DNA of 64,000 bases from contig MU008159.1 in assembly GCA_010909165.1 (NCBI GenBank), forward strand, positions 186,001 to 250,000, given 5' to 3'. Below are positions 11,101 to 24,885 of the stretch, one piece after another. The position numbers and the translations under genes were made by a program. The notes beneath the pieces were generated by a model. It was not told the DNA's origin. It worked only from the letters and a program-made list of their open reading frames with translations, and did not search any database. This DNA comes from Anthoceros angustus. Its lineage: Eukaryota; Plantae; Anthocerotophyta. Within the stretch, counting starts at the first letter, position 1. The number at the start of each line of letters is the position of its first letter.

Positions 11101-14090
11101 AGAATCGGGGATCAGACATCAGACGGCAGAGAAGACAGAGAGACAGACGGCGTTAACCCTAAACGCTCTCGACTGCGTGTCGTGACCTGCTGTCTCCTGG
11201 ATCACGAGAATCACAATTTGGTGTTGACGAGCGATCAAGGACACTGGTCCGGACGGAGATGTCACTCCATCGACATAAGCAGAAGACGGCTCTGTGACTG
11301 TACGTGACAGACTGTGCCGGGTGAGTACGATCCGGTCGTCTACGCATGTTTGTGAGGTTCAAAACTCCAGCCAGGCTGACCTGCACTGTCTCACAGTGGG
11401 TTCAAGGGCCCACGACAGCAGGATAAAGCATGTGACACCGCCTTTGCTAACCACTGTGACTACAACAGGTTCCAACAAGAACAACCACCCAATGGCATGG
11501 ATGGCCAGGACCACCCTAGGTTGCACATGAGCGGGCCCAGGCCGCTCTTGATTTGCAGTCACAACTTTCACAAGTTGGAGGAAACTTAGGTCTGCTGTGG
11601 AATCTGTAGGGAGCGTTTCAAATTGGAGCTCGGGTCCCGAGAAGATTGGAGGAGAGAACACGAAGATCCCATCTGGAATCCTGGATGGGCTGGGAATGGA
11701 AATGGAGAGGAAACTGTGCATCCACTAGGGGATCAGCCATGGAGGTTACGACATGCATATGCATGGTTAGTATGCTTATGCATGTGCACACCCGGGTGGG
11801 TCCTGGAATCAGCTGCCATCAGCTGGGAGGTGGCAAGCTTGCGGAAGCGTGAATCTCTCATGTGCTGGTGTTCGTCCTGTGCGAGCATTGCTAGTGGAGC
11901 TCAGCACGACCCATGTGGACACTACCCACCACTATCCTGGTATCCTAGCAGGCTCTTCGAAAGGGTAGTGCCCTGTGCTGGGTGCGTGCGTGCTTGTGTG
12001 AAAGGCCGCTGTTCTGCCGCGGTTACAAGTGCGAGAGAGGAGTGGGACGTTGTTACGGAATCCAGGGCCATGTGATCGATGGCGCTACCTGTCGCAGTCC
12101 CGGTTTCGAACTTCCTGGCCACCCGCCCATGTATCCCATCCATGTCCAGCATGCCTGCCCATGTGATGGCCGGGACGGGCCGTTCCGTTCCACGGCGTTA
12201 CGGCAGGCGGTGCCGCACTTGGATAGTTGTGCTCTCACTTACGCCCATGACAAGCACCGGGTGATGGTGAAATTAGCTGTGCTTTCGTCATCCTGACGAT
12301 GCCTTGAAGTTCGAATTCCTACTGGTTTGGTTGATGGGAATCGAGGTCCTTTAAGTTCCAATCCCACCATCACCCAACAAGCCTTGCCGAGCTGTGCGCG
12401 TACTTGGCCAGATGCAAATGACACCACAAGCAGCTTTACGAAGCAGAGATGATGGAAGTTGCAGTATCTTTCTGTTTGTATGTTTGCTCTAGACTTCTCA
12501 CTTGTCTTACATGGGGGCTTTGCAGGCAGCAGGCCTGGAAGAGGGGGTTTTCGGCATCCTGTACTCTTGCCCTTGTCCTTTTGCAGAGCAGCCATGGGCG
12601 GTGGCCTGCAGTGCAGCCTCAACTGCTTGTAGGGCCGCCATGGGAGTTGTACTGCACCCCAACTGGTAACGGGGGGACACTGTACCGATGAGAGCAGCTG
12701 AGAGGCCCGGGGCCCTCCATGCTGTGCGAGCAGTTCTTGTGGCTACAGAGCCTTCTGCATGGCAACTGGTTTGCAGAAAAGGTTATCCTTATGGAACCCA
12801 GACTGGGCTGCAGGGAGCTTGTGGCTGCCCAGGGCCTGGTGCTCAGATATTAATCTGAGCCATGGTGCCATCACTGAAGCTGTCTGCTTGGTCTCCGACA
12901 CTCCAGTCGCCTTCAACTGCCATGGGAACGTGATCGAGCCAGTTGTAAAAACATTGAGCGACAAGCCAACTTGGCAGCAAAGATAGGATAGGATGAAAGG
13001 TTCCATGCCTTGCAATCTGCAAATCAGCACAGCTGGGAAATCTCATCCTGCAACAGTCTTGAGAACATGTCCTGCAACAGTTTTGTTAGTTGTTACTCTA
13101 ATCTTGGAAACCTGGATAGTGTAAACAATACAATGCTTCGGAATTTGCAGACAAAAATCCTTTCTTACCTGCAAAGGTCACAAAAAATGTATGGAATGCA
13201 AGCCCTAGTAGTTTCATCAGGTTAGGTTTAGGTCAGGATTGGACGATTGGACGATTGGACGATTGGACAAAGAACAAGAGAGAGAACTCGTGTCAGACCA
13301 GCCATGTGTGAGGAACAATAATATGCAAAAACCCGGATGTGCTCTGACACCCGTGTCGTGGGGTGTCGTGCAGGAAGCTTAGAAAACCATTGTCTACACA
13401 GGAGAAGCCCAGTCTGGAGAGCTACTGATCGATCGTCCATTTTGTGGGCCCGTTCAGACAGAGACACTGACTTGCATTGAATGTCGTCCAAGAAGGCCTG
13501 GGTAAAACTGAGTGGAGATGTCCTGATGTGGTGACTGCCAACCCAGTTTTGGATGCAAGCAAGCCTGTTTTGGGCTCCTCAGCTACCAGATTGTACATCA
13601 AACTATTGCTTCTCTGACAAATTGAAACGAGTTTAATGCAGGTCCCCGTTCTCACCGAATGATTGTGGAGCACGCCTGGTTCTCCTCCCTCCTCCATCGC
13701 CAGCGCAAGCAGTAGTGAATGAGGCACTGGTAACGTCACACGACTGTTTCAAAATCGTCGGGCATGTCATATAAATTGCCTGCATCCCAGCCTCTCTGCA
13801 CTCATTCAAACATCTGACCTGCTTTCCTTGGCTCCTGGACCTGCGCTGTGCAGCACTGTCTGGCCTGCCCTGACTCACCTCTCCCCCGCGCCTCCCACCA
13901 CATCTAGAGCACCCACCTGCTTGTGATGCAGATTTCGGCCACCATTTTCTCCTTCCTGTGCATCTTTGTGGTGGAGATTGATTTCCACTATCTCGAGCTG
14001 CAACTCCTGCTCTTCAGAGTCACAGTTGATTGAGCTCAGCAGGACCAGCAGCACCAGCATCCTTCTGCCCCTCCTCCCTTTCGTGAGAAA

Positions 14091-15193
14091 ATGGCGGTTT
14101 CTCTGCAGAGATTGAGCACGACGGCATTGGTGGTCGTCCTGTTCCTACTTCCTTCTCCCCAACTCGTTCTTGCGAAAGGAAAACACGGAGCTACAGTTGG
14201 GCACCACAAAGCTGGAGGCGGTCACCACAAAGCTGGAAGCGGGCACCACAAATCCGGAAGTAGCCAGAAGAAAGGTGGCAGCTCTGGTGGTGGTGGTGGG
14301 AGCTATTCTGGAGGGGCTGGCTGGTCATCTGCCCATGCTACATTCTACGGAGGCAATGACGCCTCTGGGACACTGGGTATGCAGCAACCGATCAAACTCC
14401 TGCTCTCCTCTCCGCTTTGCTTCCAATTTCGAAGCACAGGTTCTGATCTGGCCGGCTGGTTGCAATTGCAGGGGGCTCATGTGGATACGGAAACCTGTAC
14501 GACCGGGGCTACGGAACCAGCACAGCAGCTCTGAGCACAGCGCTGTACAACAATGGAGCCTCCTGCGGGGCCTGCTTCGAGATCCAATGCACGGGCTCCA
14601 GGTGGTGCAAGGGATCTGCCCCCATCACAATCACTGCCACCAATTTCTGCCCTCAGAATCCAGCTCTCCCCAACAACGCTGGGGGCTGGTGCAACATGCC
14701 TCTGCAGCACTTCGACATGTCCGTGCCTGCGTTCCTGGAAATAGCAGAGCAAGTGGGCGGCATCGTTCCCGTTAACTACAGAAGGTGAGAGGCCGCCATG
14801 GGCTATGCTGAATGCACCACATTGCTGAAATTGAATTTGAAGCTGGTCGTGAACCGTGGCCTGACGTTTCCACTGCAATGTTCGATGTGCAGAGTTTCGT
14901 GTGTGAAGAAGGGGGGCATCCAGTTCACAATCAATGGCCATGCCTACTTCAACTTGGTGCTCATCACCAACGTGGGCGGAGCAGGAGACGTGCACGCTGT
15001 TTCCGTCAAGGGCTCTAAAACCGGATGGGAAGCAATGACGAGAAACTGGGGCCAGAACTGGCAGAGCAACTCCTACCTCAACGGCCAGAGCCTCTCCTTC
15101 CAAGTCACCACCAGTGGCGGCACCCTCATTTCCTACGACGTCACACCTGCTGGCTGGAGCTTTGGGCAGACCTTCTCTGGAGCCCAATTTTGA
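14091..15193 (+). CDS. EXPA: Alpha-expansin #2 with His/Gly/Lys N-terminal extension (exons 14091-14376, 14472-14784, 14893-15193)
   Basis: Signal peptide, (GHHKxGx)x3, [34 protein letters not shown] and [12 protein letters not shown] introns at standard positions. Confidence 0.95.
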
Positions 15194-16344
15194 AGACTCC
15201 TTCACCTTACTTCTTTTCCGTCAAATCGGTCTGCTGTGTAATTGTATGGATCTTCAACTCTTTCTGTTGGATAGCCTTCTACCCAATGCAATGGGCGCAA
15301 GGCATGTATCATAGTTAAAGGTATGGACTGAGAAGTATGTAGATGGGAGCCCCATTGAAGGATAGCCTCTCATCAGGGTGCTTGGTTTTGACACATGTGG
15401 TCATAGCTCAGTTGTGTTAGTTTGCAGAAGAGGTGATTTGTATGCAGCTATTGCCACCCTCTGCACTACACCACGGATGCCAAGGTCAGGCCTCCATCTA
15501 GACAGCAGTTTATTGTATAAATAGATAATAGACTACCACGAGTTGGAGAACATTCTGCTCCTACCCTACATGGACGAGTTCCTCTTATTAAATGTAATGC
15601 CATTTCCACACAAGCCTTCTCCTTCTAAGCGTATTTCAGTTTCCTGCCATTGATGGCAAAGAGAAAAACGCTTCAAATTCTTTCTAATTTTTTTTGCGTT
15701 GCAGTCTCTGGATGCGATGAATGGAAATTGGTTTCCTCCCAGCCAGGTGCTCAGCACTCATTCCACTCTCTAGGAGGAGAATGTGCTGTACCTTTTGTCT
15801 GAAGGGGTTGTAAATGTGGGGAGCTATGCACATGTTCGTCAGGAAAGGTCGATTTACTGCACTCAATGTCCAGCGTTGATTTGTCGATACGGCGTTGCAG
15901 TTGCTCATGCAGCTGTCCAGTAGAATGTTTTCTTCATACCGCAAGCATAGGCGGCAGCTTGGCCGATTCCTTGGGTACAGCAAAAATAGTGTTGAAATTT
16001 TGTGAGTGGCGACTTCCTGCAGCTTCCCACATCCCGAGAAAACGACTGCGTCAAACAAGACCTCAGCAAACTGCAAAGTAGTTGTTGTTACCAGGCAAAA
16101 TAAGAGTAGAGTACACTGGCTGTGCTGCGGGGATCTGAATTTGATTCTGGCCCGCAGCCTGCTACAAAGCGTTTCTAACAGTCTATCCAGTGAGGTGCTT
16201 GGACGGTCCGACGGACCATATCCACTCACATGTTAGTGTTGTATACATGGAGCTGCGGGGAGCTCTAAAGCGCTCACCTCGGCTGCTCTTTCGTATAAAA
16301 GTACAAGGAGTTGGTGCAGGCAGAAGGACAAGACAAGGTTGCAG

Positions 16345-17454
16345 TTATCCGCGAAATTGCCTTCCTTCGTAAGTGGTCCCGAACTTCCAGCCAGCAGGGA
16401 TGACGTTGGGGCTGTTGCAGAATCTGTTGTCGCTGGTGATGACTTTGATGGAGAAGGATTGCCCGTCCAGGTAGTCGTCGTTCTCCCAGTTCTGTCCCCA
16501 GTTCCTCTTCAAAGCCTTCCAAGAAGAGCCGGAGCCGACTTGGATGTAAACTTCCCTCACGTCTCCTACTCCTCCCACGTTTGTGATTAGAATAAGGTTG
16601 AAGTAGCTGTGGCCGTTGATCTGAAACTTGATACCTCCTTCTTTCACGCACTTCACTCTGGGAGACAAAGCGGCGCACACAATTCAGCAATCGTTGCAAC
16701 AGAAGGTGCAAAGTGTAACAAATCAAAAGATTGTTACAACAGTGGTCCCATGACAACGTAGGGCCGCAGCAAACGATAAAGCGTACCTGCGGTAGTTGAC
16801 AGGCACAACTCCAGTGACCGCGGCGGCCATCCTGGTGAATGCTGGCTGGGACAGGTCGAAATGCACTCTCGGCGCATTGCACCAGCCGCCGGTCGATCCT
16901 TCCGGACAATAATTGGTGGCCGTGACAACAATCTTAGGCGCGCCGGAGAAGCATCCGCCGGTACATTTCAGCTGGTAGCAGGCTCCGCAAGTTTCCCCTC
17001 CCCCGAACAGAGCCGAGCTGAGAGCGGCGGTGTTGGTGCCGTATCCTTGACTGTAGAGATTTCCATACCCGCACGCCCCGCCTGAAACACAAAATCAACA
17101 AGAAGGTGAGACGAAGGCAACAAACATACAAACATGCATCCACATCGATTCTCCGTTGCAGAAATTACGAAGAACGTGCGTGTTCCACTTCATGCAGTCC
17201 CTGGACAACAAGAAATGCTACAGAAAAAACGAACAGTCTCTCGACAGCAAGAAATGATACAGAAAAAGTCATCTCCTCGTTTCCTGCGTCTCCATCAGCT
17301 CATACTCACCGTTGGTCTCCGATGCGTCGGATCCTCCATAGAACGTCGCATGCGCCACTCCCTTCACCCAGGGGTAGCTAATTTTGCCGTGAACTATCCG
17401 GCAACTGACCAAAACAAGAGCCAAAACCAGCTGCAAGCAGCTGATTCCTGCCAT
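16345..17454 (-). CDS. EXPA: Alpha-expansin #3, short-loop type (exons 17454-17310, 17081-16787, 16657-16345)
   Basis: [18 protein letters not shown] signal, [50 protein letters not shown] and RNWGQNW. Confidence 0.93.
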
Positions 17455-20400
17455 TCTCACAGTCTGAAATCTGAGCTGCGCCTGAAGGCAGTGACTGGAA
17501 TCCGCTACCTTGACAGCAGCGTTCAGGGACTCATTGACGAAGGGAAAAAAAACAGAGAAATTCTGAAATCCTCCACAAGAGAACGACAGAGCAATGCTCC
17601 ACGACCGGAGCTCCAAACACGAGACAAGGGCTCAGAATTGAGACGAATTCAGCACAGACGGAGAGACGAGCGTGCAGTGCAATGCGATGGTGAGAGCCTG
17701 AGGAGGGAAGGCAAGAAGCCGCGACTTAAAAGGCCTTCCTGAAAAAACGATTAATAGCAAAAGAGGCTTTCGCAAAAGAGACGGCAGGAAGGGAGGGAGG
17801 TGAGTGGGCGAAACGGAACGGGCCCCGTCGGGCGGGCCTGACACCGGGCACATGCTGCAGGTGCCAACCCTGGTGAGCGTCGGGTTGACTCGTCCGCTGT
17901 GATGTAAGCGCAAGCGCACCAGGCCACACCAGAACATGAATATCCTATCCCGCGCGGAACACTGGAAACCATGTTGTCGGCTCGTCTCGTCGCGTCTCGA
18001 TTTGTTACGAATCGCTTCGCAAATTGGCTTCGCAAAATGGCATCCGGCTTGTGCAGGAAATGTGTGTGCCTAAATGAGGAGCATTTTTCGGATAAGAAAA
18101 AGGCTGACAGATTAATAGTAATAGGAAGTGGCGGGGACGAGATCCCGGGCGCAGAGCACCGACAATCGGGAAAGGGCCAAAGGCATAAAAGAGAGAAAGA
18201 AAGCAGCGGCCCGAAAGGGGCTGCAAGCCATCATCGCCCGGGCGATGCGCTCCAATGATGAAACGCAAAATGCCTTTCGCCGTGGGCGGGGACCGGGTAG
18301 AGCGACCGACCCGCTCCCCAAGGCGCGTGTCCCCATGTCAGTGGGCCCCGGCCAGGGCCCGGGCCCGGGCCCGGGCCCCGGCCCCGGCCGGAGAATGGTT
18401 TTTCTTCCTCCTGTCGGTGGGAACGCGGTGCCGCTCCGAAATCGCCCGATAGGTGAGCCCGGGATAGGGGTTCGGTTTTACCCCGCTCGTGTGGCCTCGT
18501 GTTGCGAGATTCTGGTGGACGTTGCGTGTTGCAGGGTTGCAGGCACGCGAGGGGGAGCGTTGGACGTGGTCGCGCCCGAAGTGTGTCAGTGCGAGGTCCG
18601 AGCGGCCGATGGGAGCCTGCGAGGGAACGGCCGGCCCGGCGGAGACGGGCTGCGATGGGACCACAGCAGACGACGCAGAGGCAGCGAGGCCGCGAGGGTG
18701 GAAGGAATGGGACGGCATGCCAAGGAATGGAATATGGAATAACTCACTCCGGAGATGCAGAAGAGGGCAAGGAACTGAGAACTTGGGACTTCGCCACCCG
18801 AGAAAGTGGTTTAGCGAGGCCAATAATTGAGAGGCGGCAGGTACAGGGATGCATTGTATAATCTAGGTGGTGGAGGTGGTTCTGGTATGCATTGACGCAT
18901 TGATGCAATGATGCAATGATGCATTGATGCATTGCTGGGCAGTGGCCCGGCCAAACAGTGCCGCCGATCGGGCTTCCCGACCCGATCGCGCACAACCGCA
19001 AACCAGCATCGAGCCCCATTCGGCTTGCTGGCAATCCGGTGCTGGAAAGTACCACAGCCAGACGCACGACCGGTGCAATGCACCAACAGCTGGTCATGAG
19101 TCCGGAGTTTCAGTAGCTGCAGTAGGTCGTTGCAATTGCGGCGTTGGGACTCTCAGCAGCCCGATTCGGGCTCCTGTTTGACGTACCTGTACGCAAGGCA
19201 GTGATGAAGGCCCCCTTCCAGTTCCCTGCTTCCTGCCTGCGTGCGGCCGCTGTGAAGCGAGCGCCAAACGCATTCGTAAGATCATGCCGTGTGTGTGCGT
19301 AATGGTGATGTGGGTCGTGATGCGATCACAGTGACGCGCGTCCTGCCCCGGAATCTGCATGCCACACTGGTGCGCTGCGCACCCCGGCACCCCACAGCCC
19401 GACCGAGACGTGCGTCGTCCCTTTCGCGATGTACTTGCATGGACTGCGCTCTTTCTTACTGTTTCTTGCTCCACCAACAAGCAAACCAAGAACCAAATAA
19501 AACAACGCTAATCACTCTCTTCTAAACCACCCCTTAGGTTGGGAGCTTAGTCCCTCTTTTTCAGTTCACCCTCAGGGTCCGCCTTGGTTGTCCCTGCTGG
19601 ATGGGCTTCTTCCCATCGTTTCTTTTCCTGCTGGATAGGCTTCTTCCCATCATTTTTTTTCCTTTTTTTCCTTATTAGAAAAAGAAAAGAGACCCTCTAC
19701 TCATCATATACCTAGACCACGGGTGGATCTGATTTTGCATTTGAATTCGGAATAAGCACAGTGAGGGCATGATGTTTGAAGCTTCCCCTTTTGGGTTCTC
19801 CTGGCGTCCTCGGGACGCAAACATTGCCCTTTTTTTGGGGCTTTGAGGCCACCAGTACGCACATGGCCATGAACAAGTCCGGACCACGGCGCGTTTGCGG
19901 CCCGACCCGGGCTTCTGGTGGTCTGGTCACCCGCCTCCCCGACACCCGTCCCGTCCGCGCGGACTGGACGGCGGAGGCTTGCTTGATGGAAGGTCCAGCC
20001 GTCCGCGGCGACGTGGCGTCGTCGCCGACTCCGGATGCTTATCGCTGATAAGGGCATTAAAAACAATAATTCGGCGAAGGCCGATAGCCGAGAGCCGAGA
20101 GCCGAGATCCGGGACCAGTCGCAGGCGGGGCATGTGAGGTGGGGCCTCCTCCCGCCCGGACAACTTCCAAAACTGCCATTACCGGCCCGGCCGAGTGGCC
20201 TGGTGGGGCCTGCGTTCCGTCTGCCCAATTAGACGGCGTCAGAATCCCATGGTTTGTCCGGAGTGAGGAGCGGGTAGCTACGAGCGGCTGTCCGCCATCC
20301 GCGCTCGGCCTATTCCAAAGCCCCGCCATGATGACGCTCATCGACGGCTGCGGCTCCCCGGCTTCCATCCGACGGCCGCCGTGTCCGGGCCAGACGGTCG

Positions 20401-22039
20401 TTAATTCCGTTTGGGCAACTGTCAACGGCCGCGAGTTGACCTTCTTGGGCTGCGCCCAAATCGGGTCGTGATAAAATTTCGGGCTGCTGCATTTTCGGGC
20501 GTCGGATGGGGGTGGGCCTGGCGATCCGGCGGTGAGGGACGGCCGTCTGTTTTAACCGGGCTCGGCTCGGCTCGGCGCGGGGACAAGACGGCGTCAACGG
20601 GCTCGGCGGTTACCGGATGCGACAAGACAAGAAAGCTATTATTCGGGAGCATTACGGAGTAACGCGATGCACGATCGGCTTGTTGGTTAGCGCTTTGGAG
20701 TGGGGAACAGGACTGTTGAGTGCCGGGATCGAATCCGATGCGCGGCTGGTAGGGTTGATTATCGATCGAGTTCCTCATACCCCGACATTAACGTCCGACA
20801 TAGATGCTGCGACAGCATTACGCGCGTTAATAAGGTTCAACGCCCGGCCGGCCCCACGGGATGGTGGCCTTGAGTTTAGGGTTTGCGAGGCCCAATAGAA
20901 CATTGTCATCGTGCTGAAGTGGGTCTGGCAAAGCGGGGCCCGGGCTTAGGCGCTTTCTCTTTATGCGCCTTGTCTTTACGTAAAGTGCGGCTTGTGACCT
21001 CACTTATCTGTGCGCGAAGACGGGGTGGCGGGCCCGGGAGATCTGGATCGTCCATTAATCGTCTCATAAATGGCTGGGTAATGGAATCGTGTGAAGGGGG
21101 GTGTTAACGGGCACTGACCTTTGACCGGGACCGGCTGCTTCCATTTTCACCTCGGCTTTACTTTTTGGAAGCGCGTTATTATTAAAAGGCAGAGGGCAGT
21201 GCAGGCCGGGCCCGCGGACCGGCGCCTAACCCGGCCCGTGTTTGAGCCACAACCACCGTGACGACATTAAATGACCGGCCCGGTTGTAACGGGACCTGGA
21301 GTGTAACGGAGATGGGTGGGCATGCATGTATGGCATGTGCAGCGTGGGGCTGGGCAGAGAGGAAGTTGGCCCACATGAGGAAATTGCACATTTGCGCTTG
21401 GCCCACCCCCTTGTGTTTTCCACATGGAATTCCATGGCCTTTGCGCCCTTCCCAATGCAACCCACTCCCATCCAACTACAGTATCCGCGTACTGCAAGAT
21501 TGGAAGCAGAAGGAGAAGGAGAAGCAGAAAAAGAAGGAGAAGGAGAAGCTGGTGGGATATTTATTCGCATGAGAATCAGGTTTCGCTCCCCAAGAGATTT
21601 GATAATGTTCTCCTCTAATTGCTGAGCATTCATTGCTCCGTAAGTAAGGAGACTCTTGGGATGCACATGTAACTTCATTCATCCAAGTGTTTGGATTAGA
21701 AAGCATTGGATTAACCCATTAAAATTGAATGCATCATGAAAACTTGCCAACCAAGATCATACCCTATCAAACCCTATCAAACTTGGGTAAGGATATTTTC
21801 AGTGTGGGTAGTGTGAAAACTAGGTGTGAACCCACAACTTGAATCAATAAAAGACATGTCGGAGTACTTATTGTCGTCCCATGTGTGTCGTACCTAGGGC
21901 ATGTTTGAGTTCATCATCAGGACTAGGTAGTACCATGAGCATGGCCGAGGGGTTCAAACGTAGTAGTACTCTCAACCTTTTCTAACACTGGGATGTCATG
22001 GAATTCATACGACTCTTGCATTAAATCTAGCACGCAGAG

Positions 22040-22392
22040 ACATAATGAACGGCATGGCCAACAGAACGTCTAGTCTCATCACCTTACACTTACATGTTCG
22101 TATACACACAGCTCTTCTCATCAAGTGCGACCGACAATTCTCTTACAATCTCGCACGTATTGATATAATGGAAGGCATGGGCGATGAAACGTCTAGTGCC
22201 CATCAACTTACACAGAGCTCTTCTCATCAATTGCGACCGACAATTCTCTTACAATTCTCTCGCAATCTCGCACGTATAGATATAATGGAAGGCATGGCCG
22301 ACAGACCGTCTAGTGCCCATCAACTGACACTTACACTTGTTCGTATATCTACGGCTCTTCTCATCAAGGGCAGCCGACAATTCTCTTCCTAC
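22040..22392. repeat. Degenerate ~110-120 bp tandem repeat x3
   Basis: Recurring cgtctagt..catc, gctcttctcatcaa, ccgacaattctctt and caatctcgcacgtat..atataatggaaggcatgg blocks. Confidence 0.8.
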
Positions 22393-23808
22393 ATCAAGAG
22401 ACTCTGACATAACAACGTACCCAAGACTTACCATGACTAAGTTGCTCGGACACAACTTCTCACATCAAATACAGCTAGCTTCTTATGACATACTAACTTC
22501 TAAAAAGAACGGAATTTATGTAGTCATCTAATCTCGCACACTTGTGCAGCAATCTCATAATTCACAGCCTCCTTGTATAAGCTTGTACAAAGAGAAATAA
22601 ATAGGCATGCAGAGGTGGTGCCCTAGGTAATTTAAAACTTGCTACTAGAGCAAGTCGGGACCAAAGAAACCCTAATGCAAATTGGCGGGAGATTTGAGAG
22701 CTTGCAACGCACGTTGAGTGGGAGTGATTAGGGTAAAGAGGGGAGGCCGGTATTGACCGGGAGGGTGGCGGTTTAGCGCGGCGGTTAACCGCTTTTCCCG
22801 CGCCCGCCAGGGCGGGACCCGCTTACCGTAACCGCCCGGGTACCGGCAAATGGCGGTCTTGATTGACGGGGCGGGGTAAAACGGCGAAGCGACGGGCAAG
22901 GGACAAGCCACGGGCAACACCACGTGAAATGAAATGCCGGGTGGAAAGCGGTTACCACCATCATGATTCAAACCCGGGGTGGTTACGCGGATTAGGGCCG
23001 GCTAAACCGGGTCGGCCAGGGCCTAACAGCCGTTAACAGAACCCAAGAGCCGCACCCCGGGCGCGTCTGTTTGGTTAAGCGGGCAAGCGGTTTCTGGTTT
23101 CCCTGCCCAGGAAACCTGCCTCGCTTCCAGCGCTCCATCCGTCTTGTTTCCGATCTTTCTTCCCACCATCGGCAGCGGCATCGCATCACGGCTGTATGTA
23201 CATACATACGAGCCATCGTGCCCTCCAGGACTGGCGCCCAGTTGATGGCGATGCTGTTTTTCATCTCCCTGCATTTCTCCAATTCCTCGTCCTGATTTCT
23301 GAGCTTGCATTCCATTCATCCTCTTCTCTCCTCTCGCCTCCCCCACCTCCATCCTCCTCCTTCCTCCGCCTCTCCTGCTGCTCTGCGCTCTCCCCTGCTC
23401 TGGCCCAGATGATCTGCAGCACCAACCCAAAGCAAATTGGTCATCAGCCTTTCATCGCCCATTGATTTCCTCTTTGCCGCATTTAGCCCCGCTTTTGTCC
23501 GGACCCGCAGCTCGCCGCTCTCTCTCCTCTGCCATAGCCTGCCTCTCTCTGCGAGCCTGCGGCTGCTGGGAGCATAAAGGCCCGGCCTCCGGCCGTCGGT
23601 AATCCTCCGCATTTGCTTCCTCGCCTCCGGCTCTCCTCTCAGGCAGCCTGCATTCCGGCCCAGTTCTCGGCATTGCCGCCGCTGGCATCTTGCAACCTGC
23701 CTGTCCCGAGCATTTAGCTTCAGCCCAGGAGCAACTTTGCAGGAGCTTTGCCGAGCTCGCTGCCTGCTCACTTGCAAGCCCGCTCTCCCGTCCCCCCTTC
23801 CCCCTGCG

Positions 23809-24885
23809 ATGGCGGTCCTGCAAGTGAGCGTTTTCTTGGCTGTGTTTCTCGCGGCGGCTGTGCAGCAGGCGGGGGCTGTGGGAGGCCACCCTCCCGGCGT
23901 GGGCCACCACCCCCCCGGCCATGGCCACCACCCTCCCGGAACCGGGCACCACAAGAAGGGGTCTCAGACTGGGAGCAGTGGCGGGGCTCTGGGAAGCTGG
24001 AACAGCGCCCATGCCACATTCTATGGCGGAAATGACGCCTCGGGAACAATGGGTGAGTGTCGCCGTCTCCCCTCCTGGAGCTGCTTTCTTGGGCCGGACA
24101 GAATTGGGTTCCTTCTTTGCATGCAATGCTTTCGCCCTTCCACTTTTCTCACCTTCCTGCTCCATCTTCAGGCGGAGCATGCGGCTATGGCAACCTCTAC
24201 ACTGAGGGATACGGCACCAACACTGCCGCCCTGAGCACTGCCCTGTTCGACAACGGGCTCTCCTGCGGGGCTTGCTTCGAGATAGCCTGCGACTCCTCCG
24301 GCACCAAGTACTGCCTCGGTTCCAACTCCATCACCATCACTGCCACCAATTTCTGCCCGGAGAACCTCGCCCTCCCCAACGACAACGGCGGTTGGTGCAA
24401 CCAGCCCCGCCAGCATTTCGACATGGCCGTCCCCGCCTTCGACCAGCTTGCCGCCCATGTCGCAGGAATTGTGCCCATCAAGTACAGGAGGTGGGTCTCT
24501 CGCCCACGAGCGCTCTCTTCTTCGGCAATGTGGCCGGAAGTTGGGTTTCTGACGTGGTTTCTTTGTCTTTCTGCTGCTCAGGGTGTCTTGCGTGAGGAAG
24601 GGAGGAGTTCGCTTCCACCTCAACGGCCACGACTACTTCCTGCTCCTGCTGGTCGACAACGTGGGAGGAAACGGAGCAGTTCACTCTGTGTCGCTCAAGG
24701 CCGGCAACGGGCAGTGGAAGGCCTTGAGCCAGAACTGGGGCCAGAACTGGCAGAGCAACGACTACATCACGGGCCAGCCTCTCTCCATCTCCATCACCAC
24801 GGAGGACGGCAAGACATTGGTCTCCAACAACGTTGCTCCTGCGGGATGGAATTTCGGGGAGACCTACGCCGGCTCGCAGTACTGA
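23809..24885 (+). CDS. EXPA: Alpha-expansin #4 with His/Pro/Gly N-terminal extension (exons 23809-24052, 24172-24490, 24582-24885)
   Basis: Signal peptide, [61 protein letters not shown] and NWGQNWQS. Confidence 0.95.

Noticed and set aside
12759-12986. SDINLSHGAIT as an LRR relic
   Set aside because: There is a single partial match with no periodic LxxLxL repeats.
13875-14060. Small signal-peptide-like ORF head-to-head with expansin #2
   Set aside because: Its ATG is only 30 bp from the expansin ATG, and the Leu-rich start derives from a CAG/CTG-rich leader. No convincing downstream exon was found.
16985-17010. Apparent frameshift in expansin #3 exon 2
   Set aside because: A recount of the G runs gives [12 protein letters not shown] in frame, so the gene is intact.
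22670-23080. GC-rich AACCG/CGGTT-rich patch as a hAT MITE
   Set aside because: I could not define matching TIRs or a TSD.
17700-23400. Many overlapping 100-200 aa ORFs, including poly-GP in 18128-18742
   Set aside because: The DNA is GC-rich and stop-poor. The GPGPGP comes from (GGGCCC)n, and no domains or splice logic were seen.
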